Virus record (IMG/VR): IMGVR_UViG_3300042453_001749
Strand: one strand, 5' to 3'
Length of the DNA stretch: 64,000 nucleotides
From: an uncultured virus (IMG/VR IMGVR_UViG_3300042453_001749)
Lineage: Duplodnaviria > Heunggongvirae > Uroviricota > Caudoviricetes
Under the pieces are notes generated by a model. That model had not been told where the DNA came from. It saw nothing but the letters and a program-made list of their open reading frames with translations, and did not search any database. Below, in pieces: positions 20,895 to 30,483 of this stretch. The position numbers and the translations under genes are program-made. The first letter of the stretch is position 1. Each line of letters begins with the position of its first letter.

Positions 20895-21287
20895 ATGATT
20901 TTTAATGAATTGACGAATGATAATTTCCTTCTTTTTGCGATTAAAAATTATGAAAATCCTCAAGCGGTTACGAAGGAAGATTTTGATAAAGATTTAAATT
21001 ATTTTAAATATATCAAAAGACTATTGAAACGATATAAAAGTACGGGTGAGTTAAAAACTCACCTTCTACTTAATCATTTTATTGTTCTATACAATATCTT
21101 TGGCGAAGCAACGACTCCGATGCTTTTTTTTAAGATAGAAAAAGATTTATGGTCGGTGATGAAAACTTTTATTATGTTTCTGGGAAAACTCCCAGAATAT
21201 CCAAAATGTTATATACATGATATACCTGTGGATATGAACTGTTTGCACGAACTTCAGAAAATTTTCAATGGAAAACACAAAGCTTGA
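20895..21287 (+). CDS. Conserved T4-like hypothetical protein
   Basis: NFLLFAIKNYENP...FKYIKRLL...LLLNH...LFFKI. Confidence 0.8.
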   Translation: MIFNELTNDNFLLFAIKNYENPQAVTKEDFDKDLNYFKYIKRLLKRYKSTGELKTHLLLNHFIVLYNIFGEATTPMLFFKIEKDLWSVMKTFIMFLGKLPEYPKCYIHDIPVDMNCLHELQKIFNGKHKA

Positions 21288-21486
21288 TTGGATTATTTCT
21301 ATAGTTCGCACTCTTAAAGAGGAAGGTGGAATGGTCGTAGGTGCAGGTGGATTTACAAATGCAGCAGATCCAAAGGGTCCAGTTGCTGGTTTTGATCCCG
21401 TTATCGGTTCTTCTAGAAGAAAAAAGATAATTGGTCTTGGAAAAAATTCCCGAAATCGTTGGGATCCCAAAAAACAAAACAGGTAA
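21268..21486 (+). CDS. Hypothetical protein
   Basis: Coupled ORF; GPVAGFDP. Confidence 0.55.
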   Translation: MENTKLDWIISIVRTLKEEGGMVVGAGGFTNAADPKGPVAGFDPVIGSSRRKKIIGLGKNSRNRWDPKKQNR

Positions 21487-21491
21487 GGGTC

Positions 21492-21839
21492 ATGTTTGGT
21501 CAAGAATCAAAAATTAAAGTTGCAGTTCTTGAAGAAAGAGTAAAAATTCATGAAGAAATGGTAGAGCGCGTAGATGCCGCCATTCAAACCCTAAGTGAAA
21601 CTAATCAAAACATTTGTAAAATGCTCGCAGTGCATGATGAAAGAATAGTTAATTGCGCTAGAAGTGATGAAGATACAAATGAAAAACTTGGAAAACTTGA
21701 AGTAAAAGTTGATGAACTTTCAAAATTTAGATGGATGGTTGCTGGAGTAGTTGCTATTACTCTATTGTTTGTTCCATTTGTAACAGATTTTATACAGACT
21801 TCTTTAAATTCATTCTCAGAACAAGTTAAAAATAAATAA
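21492..21839 (+). CDS. Coiled-coil protein with a C-terminal TM helix
   Basis: KMLAVHDERI...KFRWMVAGVVAITLLFV. Confidence 0.65.
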   Translation: MFGQESKIKVAVLEERVKIHEEMVERVDAAIQTLSETNQNICKMLAVHDERIVNCARSDEDTNEKLGKLEVKVDELSKFRWMVAGVVAITLLFVPFVTDFIQTSLNSFSEQVKNK

Positions 21840-22023
21840 GTTTAGAGTTGGCTTAATAGCCACAATGAAAACTAAAGACAAACCTGTAACCCTATATAAA
21901 CTTCAAAAGTTCACCAACTCTGTTGTAAAATGGACTGGAATCTTAGCAAGTGCTTGCCGTGAATACAGTCGTTGACGATACCAGTATTTTTTGCTAGAGT
22001 AGTAAATATCTGTACGAATTATT

Positions 22024-22992
22024 ATGGACTTTGTTGATGTTAAATACATCAATTTGATTTCTCATAGACTTCAAAAATTTAAAAGAATTAAGACGAGTCT
22101 TTACAATTTTCGCTGCCCAATTTGTGGAGATTCTCAAAAGAATAAAAATAAAGCAAGGGGATATCTGTATCAAGTTAAAAGCAACACCAACTTTAAGTGC
22201 CATAATTGCGGAATTAATGTTTCTTTCAATAATTTTTTAAAAAGTATTGATGCTAATATTCACAAACAATATACGTTTGAGAAATTTAAAGAGGGTCATA
22301 CTGGTAGAAACTTTACTGTAGAGGACCCTGAATTTAATTTTGAGGAACCTAAGTTTAAACCTAAACTAAATTTGCCCAAAGCATCTGAAAATCTGGATGC
22401 AAAAAAATATCTTGAAAATAGAAAATTAAATCCAGATAAATTTTATTATACCGACAAATTTAAAGAGTGGACCAACTCTCTTCAACCAACATTCGACAGC
22501 ACTAGTAAAGATGAACCTAGGATAATTATTCCTTTGTTTTATCAAAATACGTTAGTCGGATTTCAGGGAAGATCTCTTGGACCAAACAAGGTTAAATACA
22601 TTACCATAATGCTTGATGATAATGCCCCAAAAATTTATGGTCTCGATGAAGTACAAAAAGATCAAACTGTCTACGTCACAGAAGGACCCTTCGATTCAAC
22701 TTTCGTTCGCAACGCGATTGCTCTTTGCGGAGCTGACGGTGATATTAGTAAGTGGGGTATTAGCGATTGTGTGTGGATCTATGATAACGAACCACGTAAT
22801 GCAGAAATCCACCGCCGAATCGAACACTGCATTAGTAAAGGAGATAAGGTCGTAATTTGGCCTTCAAACATTCAACAAAAAGACATTAATGAAATGATGC
22901 TATCTGGACTGAATGTTCAGTCTGTGATAGAATCAAACACATATTCTGGATTAGAAGCAAAACTAAAATTTACTACTTGGAAGAAAATATGA
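22024..22992 (+). CDS. gp61: DNA primase (T4 gp61)
   Basis: CPICGDS...CHNC zinc finger; TOPRIM EGPFDS, DNEPRN, KDIN. Confidence 0.95.
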   Translation: MDFVDVKYINLISHRLQKFKRIKTSLYNFRCPICGDSQKNKNKARGYLYQVKSNTNFKCHNCGINVSFNNFLKSIDANIHKQYTFEKFKEGHTGRNFTVEDPEFNFEEPKFKPKLNLPKASENLDAKKYLENRKLNPDKFYYTDKFKEWTNSLQPTFDSTSKDEPRIIIPLFYQNTLVGFQGRSLGPNKVKYITIMLDDNAPKIYGLDEVQKDQTVYVTEGPFDSTFVRNAIALCGADGDISKWGISDCVWIYDNEPRNAEIHRRIEHCISKGDKVVIWPSNIQQKDINEMMLSGLNVQSVIESNTYSGLEAKLKFTTWKKI

Positions 22993-25286
22993 GCAACGGA
23001 ACCAAAGTAAAAAAGCGTGATGGGCGAATTGAGTCCCTTGACCTGGATAAGATGCATCTGATGGTTGAGGAGGCATGTAGGGGTCTTGCAGGCGTCTCTG
23101 CGAGTCAAGTTGAGATGACTTCGGGCATTCAATTTTATGATGGAATTACCACAGCAGAGATTCAGGAAATTCTGATTCGTTCGGCTTCAGATTTAATTGA
23201 CTTGGACCATCCAAATTATCAATATGTTGCAGCAAGACTCTTGTTATTTGCTCTTCGTAAAAGTTTATTTGGAAAAATGATCGAACTTCCTCACCTGGAA
23301 GAACACATCATTAATTGTGTTCAAAGAGAAATATATGATAATGATATTTTTAACAAATATTCAAAAGAAGAAATTGATAAGGTAAATACATTTATTGATC
23401 ATGATCGTGATTTTCTGTTTACCTATGCTGGACTTCGACAAGTAGTTGATAAGTATCTTGTTCAAGATAGAAGTTCTGGAAAAGTATATGAAACTCCTCA
23501 GTTCATGTACATGATGATTGCATTAACTATTTTTGCGGAATACCCCAAAGAAACTAGACTTTCATACGTCAAAAAGTATTATGACGCAATCTCCAAACAC
23601 AAAATCAACATTCCCACACCTATCATGGCGGGAGTGCGAACTCCACTTCGACAATTTGCTAGCTGTGTTCTTGTTGATGTTGATGACACCCTCGATAGCA
23701 TCTTTAGTTCTGATATGGCTATCGGCAGATATGTTGCACAAAGGGCGGGCATCGGTATCAACGCAGGTCGCATCCGTGGTATCAACAGCAAAATCAGAGG
23801 TGGAGAGGTACAACACACAGGCGTTGTCCCCTTCCTTAAAAAGTTTGAAGCAACTGTACGATGCTGCACTCAAAACGGGATCCGAGGTGGTTCGGCTACA
23901 GTCCACTTTCCTATCTGGCACCAAGAAATAGAAGATATCTTAGTATTGAAAAATAATAAGGGAACTGAAGATAATCGTGTTCGTAAGTTAGACTACAGTA
24001 TCCAAATCTCCAAACTCTTCTATGAACGATTCATCCGCAACGAAGAAATTTCACTCTTTAGTCCCCACGACGTTCCTGAGCTTAGTACTAATTTTGGGCT
24101 TGATGGATTTGACGATCTTTATTTGGCTGCAGAACGAAATGAGTCTATTCCAAGAAAAACTATTGGCGCTCAAGAACTCATTCTCAGTCTTTTAAAAGAG
24201 AGGGCTGAGACTGGTCGAATCTATATCATGAATATTGATCACTGCAATTCTCACTCATCTTTCAAAGACAAAATTGAAATGAGTAACTTATGTCAGGAAA
24301 TTACTCTACCAACTTATCCTATTCAACATATTGATGACGAAAATGGAGAAATTGCACTTTGCATCCTCTCCGCAATTAATGTTGGTAAAGTCAAGTCTGA
24401 TGAAGAACTTGAAGAACTTTGTGATCTTTCTGTTCGTGGATTGGAAGAACTAATTGATTATCAAAAGTATCCTGTTGCGGCAGCAGAACTTGCTACCAAG
24501 GCAAGGAGATCTCTTGGAATTGGGTATATTGGATTAGCACACTATTTGGCGAAACTTGGATTTAAGTATGACTCTCAAGAAGCGTGGGATGCGGTTCATG
24601 GTCTTTCTGAATCTTTCCAGTTTTATCTTTTGAAGGCATCTAATCAACTTGCTAAAGAGAAGGGTTATTGTGACTACTTTGGTCGTACTAAGTATGCGGA
24701 CGGAATTCTTCCCGTTGATACATACAAAAAAGATGTAGACGAAATTTCAGCAACTCCACTACAACATGATTGGGAATCACTTAGAGCATCCATCTTGGCT
24801 CACGGTCTCAGGCACTCAACACTGTCCGCACAGATGCCATCGGAGAGCAGTTCCGTTGTGTCAAACGCAACCAATGGAATCGAGCCGCCTCGTGGATTCT
24901 TGTCCATTAAGAAATCAAAGAAAGGACCTCTTAAGCAGATTGTCCCCCAGTATCAAACACTTAAGAACAATTATACGCTTCTGTGGGATATGCCTAGCAA
25001 TCGCGGGTACATCAATATTGTTGCTGTTATGCAAAAATTCTTCGATCAAGCGATTTCTGGAAACTGGTCCTATAATCCAGAGAATTATGAAAATAATGAA
25101 GTTCCTGTTAGCGTGATGGCGAATGACTTCTTGACTACATACAAGTATGGGTGGAAAACTTCTTATTATCAAAATACTTACGATATTAAGACTGATGAAG
25201 TGGTAGAAGAGAAACCCAATCTTCAAGATTTACTAAGTGAATTAAGTTCAATAGAGGAGGGCGAGTGTGAATCCTGTGCAGTTTAA
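22989..25286 (+). CDS. nrdA: Ribonucleotide reductase class Ia alpha subunit
   Basis: ATP cone, PTPIMAG, SNLCQEI, C-terminal CESC. Confidence 0.97.
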   Translation: MSNGTKVKKRDGRIESLDLDKMHLMVEEACRGLAGVSASQVEMTSGIQFYDGITTAEIQEILIRSASDLIDLDHPNYQYVAARLLLFALRKSLFGKMIELPHLEEHIINCVQREIYDNDIFNKYSKEEIDKVNTFIDHDRDFLFTYAGLRQVVDKYLVQDRSSGKVYETPQFMYMMIALTIFAEYPKETRLSYVKKYYDAISKHKINIPTPIMAGVRTPLRQFASCVLVDVDDTLDSIFSSDMAIGRYVAQRAGIGINAGRIRGINSKIRGGEVQHTGVVPFLKKFEATVRCCTQNGIRGGSATVHFPIWHQEIEDILVLKNNKGTEDNRVRKLDYSIQISKLFYERFIRNEEISLFSPHDVPELSTNFGLDGFDDLYLAAERNESIPRKTIGAQELILSLLKERAETGRIYIMNIDHCNSHSSFKDKIEMSNLCQEITLPTYPIQHIDDENGEIALCILSAINVGKVKSDEELEELCDLSVRGLEELIDYQKYPVAAAELATKARRSLGIGYIGLAHYLAKLGFKYDSQEAWDAVHGLSESFQFYLLKASNQLAKEKGYCDYFGRTKYADGILPVDTYKKDVDEISATPLQHDWESLRASILAHGLRHSTLSAQMPSESSSVVSNATNGIEPPRGFLSIKKSKKGPLKQIVPQYQTLKNNYTLLWDMPSNRGYINIVAVMQKFFDQAISGNWSYNPENYENNEVPVSVMANDFLTTYKYGWKTSYYQNTYDIKTDEVVEEKPNLQDLLSELSSIEEGECESCAV

Positions 25287-26454
25287 AGTTTCTTCAACTG
25301 AAGATCAGACCCAAATTAAAGGGATGACCGTATTTAATACTGAGAAAGTGGACACCAAAAAGCAACCAATGTTTTTTGGAAAACCGCTCGGAGTTCAAAG
25401 ATATGACTCGTACAAATATCCTATCTTTGATAAATTAACAACTCAACAACTCGGATATTTTTGGAGACCTGAAGAGGTATCTCTTCAAAAAGACCGAGGA
25501 GACTATCACACTCTTCGCCCAGAACAAAAACACATTTATACTTCTAATTTAAAATACCAGATTATGCTCGACTCTGTTCAAGGTCGTGGTCCTGGTATGG
25601 CGTTTATTCCCTATTGTTCCCTTCCAGAACTGGAGGCATGTATGGAAGTGTGGGGTTTCATGGAAATGATTCACTCACGCTCATACACATACATTATTAA
25701 AAATGTTTATTCAGATCCATCTGAGGTGTTTGATACTATCATCCATGATAAGCGTATTCTAGAGCGTTCTAGGAGCGTTACAGAATCATATGATGACTTT
25801 ATTCAATCCGCTCAATCTTATAGTACATCCAAAGATTGGATGTTTAGACTTGAAGGAGTCACAAACGCAAAGGAAACACTCAACGATGTTAAAAGAAAAC
25901 TCTACAGAGCAGTCGCTAATGTTAACATTCTTGAAGGTATTCGGTTCTACGTTAGTTTTGCTTGTTCTTTCGCCTTCGGTGAACTTAAGCTTATGGAAGG
26001 ATCAGCTAAGATCATCTCTCTCATCGCAAGAGACGAAAATCAACACCTAGCAATTACTCAGAATATTCTGAATAAGTGGAGAGATGGTGATGATCCAGAA
26101 ATGAAGCAAATTGCAAAAGAGGAGGAAGAGTGGGTTTATGCAATGTTTGATCGTGCTGTGAATGAAGAAAAGAAATGGGCAGATTATCTGTTCAAAGATG
26201 GAAGCATGATTGGATTAAATGATAAACTTTTACAACAATATGTTGAATGGATTGCTAATCGTAGATTAAAATCAATTGGACTTAAACCTCAATATGATAT
26301 TTCAGCAAACAATAATCCCCTTCCTTGGACTCAGCATTGGATCTCCTCTAAAGGTCTCCAGGTTGCTCCCCAGGAAACGGAAATCGAAAGTTATGTGATT
26401 GGTGGAATCAAACAAGATGTAAAAAAAGACACATTTAGTGGGTTTAAACTATGA
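25267..26454 (+). CDS. nrdB: Ribonucleotide reductase class Ia beta subunit
   Basis: FWRPEE, EMIHSRSY, EGIRFY, RDENQH, APQETEI. Confidence 0.97.
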   Translation: MNPVQFKVSSTEDQTQIKGMTVFNTEKVDTKKQPMFFGKPLGVQRYDSYKYPIFDKLTTQQLGYFWRPEEVSLQKDRGDYHTLRPEQKHIYTSNLKYQIMLDSVQGRGPGMAFIPYCSLPELEACMEVWGFMEMIHSRSYTYIIKNVYSDPSEVFDTIIHDKRILERSRSVTESYDDFIQSAQSYSTSKDWMFRLEGVTNAKETLNDVKRKLYRAVANVNILEGIRFYVSFACSFAFGELKLMEGSAKIISLIARDENQHLAITQNILNKWRDGDDPEMKQIAKEEEEWVYAMFDRAVNEEKKWADYLFKDGSMIGLNDKLLQQYVEWIANRRLKSIGLKPQYDISANNNPLPWTQHWISSKGLQVAPQETEIESYVIGGIKQDVKKDTFSGFKL

Positions 26455-26510
26455 TTTAAGACTGAAGTTGAATGTTGTATAAATAAATATAACTCCACTT
26501 CAGTCTTAAA
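26455..26510 (+). promoter_or_regulatory. Long hairpin with a late promoter at its apex, ending at the endonuclease start
   Basis: TTTAAGACTGAAGT(26455-68)/ACTTCAGTCTTAAA(26497-510); TATAAATA 26478-85. Confidence 0.8.
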
Positions 26511-27029
26511 ATGAATAACTATATTCTTTACTATTACTTGAGGGAGGACTTTAGTTCTCCCTTTTATGTTGGTTATGGAAAACCAAGAAGAATACACGCA
26601 AAACATTTAAGGAGTAATGGAGCAAACTTATTACCATCAAGAGAAAGAAGGTGGATTGTAAAATCTGGATTAACTAAAGAAGAAGCAATAGAACTTGAAA
26701 TAAAACATATAGCACTTTGGAAAAGAGAGTGTGATGGTGGAGTTTTATTAAACCAAAATCTTGGTGGAGAAGGAAAACCAGGAGGACAAAAAACCAGAGG
26801 ATTTAGTGGGAAAAAACATAGTGAAGAAAGTAAAAAGAAAACATCATTAAAAGTTGCTGGTAAAAACAATCCAAAAGCAAAAAAATATATCTTCATTTCT
26901 CCAGATGGTAAAAAACATATTGTAGAAGGTGGAGTTAAAAAGTTCTGTAAAGAAATAGGAATAACTTATGATGCGGTTTTGGGAAAGAAAAGCAAGAACA
27001 CAAAAGGTTGGACTATAATAAATAACTAA
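26511..27029 (+). mobile_element. Free-standing GIY-YIG-type homing endonuclease with NUMOD3
   Basis: YYYLRE..PFYVGYG..R, LLN..LGGEG, GKKHSEESKKK; AT-rich insert after nrdB. Confidence 0.82.
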
Positions 27030-27043
27030 AAAGTATTCATAAA

Positions 27044-27589
27044 ATGGACGCACAGGAACTTCGCAATCTCCAAGAAGCTTATAGTCAGGTTTATGAACTT
27101 GATGAAGCAATCAGAAATCCTGAAAGCAGAAAGAAACTTCGTGCTATAATGGATACTGATAAAGGAAGAAAAGGTGACGCCTCAAAGGGAGAAAATCCAC
27201 GTAGCAAGTATCCTTCGGAAAGGAGTAAGCAAGCATTTCATCTCCTTCATGGAAGTGGTGAAACTGGGTCAAAGGGAAATCCAGTAAGAAGTCGTGGTGG
27301 AACAAATGCTCCTGCTGACGAAAGAGTTGGAAAAGGTCCTAATCGTGCTAAAAACGCAGCATATTGGGCGGGCAATGCTGGTCCAACTAGAGATAGGGGA
27401 GCAGGAAACAAAGCAGCAAGAAGAGCAGGTAAGTCTGTTCCAAATACAAGAGATGTTGATGAAAGTTATGACCTCTACGACATCATTCTCTCGCATCTTC
27501 TTGATGAAGGTTATGCTGATACTCAAGAAGCAGCAGAAGTCATTATGGTGAATATGAGTGAAGAGTGGAGAAACTCTATTATCGGTTAA
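27044..27589 (+). CDS. Late protein, paralog of 14214 (probable internal head protein)
   Basis: LQEAYSQVY...YDIILSHLLDEGYADTQEAA..IMVNMSEEW. Confidence 0.65.
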   Translation: MDAQELRNLQEAYSQVYELDEAIRNPESRKKLRAIMDTDKGRKGDASKGENPRSKYPSERSKQAFHLLHGSGETGSKGNPVRSRGGTNAPADERVGKGPNRAKNAAYWAGNAGPTRDRGAGNKAARRAGKSVPNTRDVDESYDLYDIILSHLLDEGYADTQEAAEVIMVNMSEEWRNSIIG

Positions 27590-27607
27590 TCTATTTTAGT
27601 TTTTATT

Positions 27608-27763
27608 ATGAAACCAAAAATACTTTCGCAGGATTCCAATTATGATGAATGGTGTGAGCAAGAACTTTTAAATGCTTTTAAAGAAGCAGCAGAATATGAT
27701 GATTATTTGTTCGGAGATCATGACTATTCTTATATTTGGATAAGTAAAAATACCGAAGAGTAG
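27608..27763 (+). CDS. Small acidic hypothetical protein (51 aa)
   Basis: MKPKILSQDSNYDEWCEQE...; followed by a terminator at 27771-27797. Confidence 0.55.
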   Translation: MKPKILSQDSNYDEWCEQELLNAFKEAAEYDDYLFGDHDYSYIWISKNTEE

Positions 27764-27797
27764 CATACATAGAGGAGGAATTGCCTCCTCTTTTTTT

Positions 27798-27959
27798 ATG
27801 GCTAAAAATCAAATAACAAAGGAAGAACTTAAGGTTCGCATTTTAAGATTGAAACATCAACTTAATATAGAGCACATTCGTCCAGAAATGGATATGAAAG
27901 GACTTGCTCATAAATATCTCAACGAAGTTCTTGATATTCTTGATGAGTATAGATATTGA
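27798..27959 (+). CDS. Small hypothetical protein (53 aa)
   Basis: MAKNQITKEELKVRIL...AHKYLNEVLDILDEYRY. Confidence 0.55.
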   Translation: MAKNQITKEELKVRILRLKHQLNIEHIRPEMDMKGLAHKYLNEVLDILDEYRY

Positions 27960-28386
27960 CTATGAAAATCCTTGGACGTATAAGGGAAAATATTTTAATT
28001 CAGATGATATTCAAGATTATTTTGGTTTTGTTTATCACATTCACTGCAATCAAACTGGGCGTGATTACATTGGTAGAAAATATTTCTGGAGTTTCCGAAC
28101 ACCGAAGGGAAAATCTAGAAAGGTTAAAGCAGAGTCTGACTGGAAATGCTATTATGGATCTTGTCCAGAACTCAAAGAAGATGTGAAAAAATATGGTAGG
28201 GAGAATTTTACGCGCACTATTTTATCATTACATAAAACAAAGGGCAAAACTAACTTTGAAGAAACAAGACAACTCTTTGCCCACAACGTCCTTACAGAAT
28301 CTCTTGACGACGGAAGACCAAGGTACTACAATAGCAACATCCTTAACAGGTACTTCCGAAAAGATTATTATGACTGTAACGACTGA
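27943..28386 (+). CDS. GIY-YIG nuclease, conserved T4-like type
   Basis: GFVY...YIGRK...ESDWKCYYGS...YYNSNI. Confidence 0.8.
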   Translation: MSIDIDYENPWTYKGKYFNSDDIQDYFGFVYHIHCNQTGRDYIGRKYFWSFRTPKGKSRKVKAESDWKCYYGSCPELKEDVKKYGRENFTRTILSLHKTKGKTNFEETRQLFAHNVLTESLDDGRPRYYNSNILNRYFRKDYYDCND

Positions 28387-28546
28387 GGATATTGTTTCAG
28401 ATATCCGTGATTGGTCTATTGAAACAATTAGTTTGATTAAACCTATTAATAGTGCTAATGCTAAAGCAATTTACGATGAGTTTCGTGAATGGATTGAACC
28501 TGAAAGTGACGAGATCAACATCTTGTCTTTGGAACCAGAGGACTGA
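28370..28546 (+). CDS. Small hypothetical protein
   Basis: MTVTTEDIVSDIRDW...AIYDEFREWIEP. Confidence 0.55.
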   Translation: MTVTTEDIVSDIRDWSIETISLIKPINSANAKAIYDEFREWIEPESDEINILSLEPED

Positions 28547-28550
28547 TTTC

Positions 28551-28579
28551 TTGACAAATCCTAAATATTAACTTATTAT
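28551..28579 (+). promoter_or_regulatory. Sigma70-type promoter
   Basis: TTGACA-N17-TATTAT. Confidence 0.65.
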
Positions 28580-28637
28580 GTACATAACCCATCGAATTCG
28601 GTGGGTTTTTTAATAATGAGTCATTGAAGTGACATTT

Positions 28638-28702
28638 AGAGCCTAGGAGATTGCCCCTTGAGAAAGGGGAAGTGCGCTTTCTCTATTAGGATGTAGAGTT
28701 CA
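28638..28702 (+). ncRNA. Candidate structured 5'-leader RNA (three-way junction) upstream of the cell-wall hydrolase
   Basis: CCTA/TAGG and GAGA/TCTC enclose CCCCTT-GAGA-AAGGGG and AAG-TGCG-CTT. Confidence 0.45.
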
Positions 28703-28712
28703 ATCGGAGTTA

Positions 28713-29366
28713 ATGCAAAATTTCTTTACAGTAGCCCTGCCTCTTATGGCAACGGTTACAACCAGTACGGCAACACTGCCTTCAGTGTTTCCTCCTCCAC
28801 CTGTGAATAATCCACCTTTCGCAATTATTCAGGAGGAGCCTACATCAAAGACAGCAATCCGCGAGGTTGCTCCCGAAAAGCCAAAAGAGAAAAGGCTAAT
28901 TTGTAAAGGGTGTAATGAACATGAGAATGCTACCCTGGTATTTTTCCAGGATCGTGGTATTAAAGACAGAAACGCCCTTGCTACCATCATGGGTAACATT
29001 CGTCAGGAATCAACTTTTATTCCTAACATTTGTGAAGGTGGTAGCAGAACCAGTTGGAGTAACTGCGGCCGCGGTTACGGACTGATTCAATGGACATCTG
29101 CCGACCGTTATTATGGATTGGGTGATTTTGCTAAGAAGTATGGTGGTTCGCCATCATCACTTCATACGCAACTTCGTTATCTAACGACTGAGGTTCAATG
29201 GCAACGAATTGAAGATAGGATGAAAACTCCTGGTAAGTCTATCAATCGTTACATGGACTATGCGTATAGTTGGATTGGTTGGGGGTATCATGGTGCCCGC
29301 ACTTCGTATGCTCATGATTATGCGTCCCGACTGATCACGGTAGAGGTTGAAACTAAAAATTCCTAA
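28713..29366 (+). CDS. Phage tail lysozyme-like (Phage_lysozyme2) cell-wall hydrolase
   Basis: IMGNIRQES...GYGLIQWT...QLRYL. Confidence 0.8.
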   Translation: MQNFFTVALPLMATVTTSTATLPSVFPPPPVNNPPFAIIQEEPTSKTAIREVAPEKPKEKRLICKGCNEHENATLVFFQDRGIKDRNALATIMGNIRQESTFIPNICEGGSRTSWSNCGRGYGLIQWTSADRYYGLGDFAKKYGGSPSSLHTQLRYLTTEVQWQRIEDRMKTPGKSINRYMDYAYSWIGWGYHGARTSYAHDYASRLITVEVETKNS

Positions 29367-29401
29367 TCTAGGATAAATACGGGGGAGTGCATAACTCCCC
29401 T

Positions 29402-29815
29402 ATGTTTAACTTTAACTTTGGTAAAAAGAAACCAGATATAAAACAATACGCAATTATAGGGATTGTATTATCTTCTATTATTGCAGCACTCTCACAATGT
29501 ACTGGAGTATCTGAAAATGGACTTTGGGATTTACTGGACGAGATTCAAAGAAAATATTTCCCGCAAACGATTCTTAATGAGTTTGTACTTAAAGATCCTG
29601 AGAAATTAGAGAGGAGAATTAAGAGAGATGTAGATCGAGCACTGAATGAAGTGACTCCAGAATATGATCGTATCATTCGTGAAGCAGATAAAAAATATAA
29701 ACCAAGATATTCTGAGAAACCGATAGACTCTAATCTTCAAACTGGAGAATCGAGATTACTTGGTGGAGAAATGAGAATCTGTGCTGTATGGGTTGACGAT
29801 TGCCCAAAGGATTGA
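29402..29815 (+). CDS. Hypothetical membrane-anchored protein
   Basis: N-terminal TM helix YAIIGIVLSSIIAALS. Confidence 0.6.
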   Translation: MFNFNFGKKKPDIKQYAIIGIVLSSIIAALSQCTGVSENGLWDLLDEIQRKYFPQTILNEFVLKDPEKLERRIKRDVDRALNEVTPEYDRIIREADKKYKPRYSEKPIDSNLQTGESRLLGGEMRICAVWVDDCPKD

Positions 29816-29830
29816 TACAATAAAGACATC

Positions 29831-29912
29831 GGGTAGGTTTCCGAGTGGTTAAAGGAATCTGACTGTAAATCAGACGGCTCTGCCTTCACTGGTTCAAATC
29901 CAGTCCTGCCCA
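29831..29912 (+). tRNA. trnY: tRNA-Tyr(GTA)
   Basis: Cloverleaf with long variable arm, CT-GTA-AA. Confidence 0.93.
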
Positions 29913-29914
29913 CC

Positions 29915-29943
29915 TTGACGATCAAACCACCGTCTGCTATGAT
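29915..29943 (+). promoter_or_regulatory. Sigma70-type promoter
   Basis: TTGACG-N17-TATGAT with TG extension. Confidence 0.7.
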
Positions 29944-29960
29944 ATGAGAGTTGAAAATCA

Positions 29961-30013
29961 ACTGCGGTACTCCCCTTCAGTAGGTTCAGGAGTGGCGGCG
30001 ATAGGAACCTACT
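29961..30013 (+). ncRNA. Candidate pseudoknotted small RNA in the tRNA-Arg leader
   Basis: AGTAGGTTC/GAACCTACT stem; loop GGAGT pairs with upstream ACTCC. Confidence 0.5.
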
Positions 30014-30016
30014 TAT

Positions 30017-30090
30017 GGGCTAGTAACTCAGTGGAATAGAGTAACGCTCTTCTAAAGCGTGAGTCGCTGGTTCGAATCCAGCCTAGCCCG
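30017..30090 (+). tRNA. trnR: tRNA-Arg(TCT)
   Basis: Cloverleaf, CT-TCT-AA. Confidence 0.93.
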
Positions 30091-30129
30091 TTGGATAGTA
30101 TAAATAATATTATCCAAATATAAAATAAA

Positions 30130-30483
30130 ATGTCAACCTGTTCTACTTGCAAAATTGAATTAAACGAAGACAATGCTTATAAAAAGGGCAAACGACTTCA
30201 ATCATATTGCAAGACTTGTATGAATAGAATATTTCAAGATCGTTGGAAACAACGAAAACTTGATGCTATTCAATACAAAGGTGGAAAGTGTCAAGTATGT
30301 GGTTATTCCAAATACTATGGTGCTTTAGAATTTCATCATAGAAATCCCAAAGAAAAAGAATTTGTTTGGCAAAAAATGCGATTAGTTTCAAAAGATAAGT
30401 TAACTGCAGAACTTGATAAATGTGATTTACTCTGTGCCAATTGTCATAGAGAAATACATCACGAAATACTTATTCCACAATAG
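30130..30483 (+). mobile_element. HNH homing endonuclease within the tRNA cluster
   Basis: CxxC...CQVCGY...LEFHH...LLCANCHREIH; stop codon lies inside tRNA-Asn. Confidence 0.82.

Noticed and set aside
7138..26454. Inteins or group I introns in gp43, gp41, nrdA, nrdB (and psbA)
   Set aside because: All are continuous ORFs of normal length with no splice motifs
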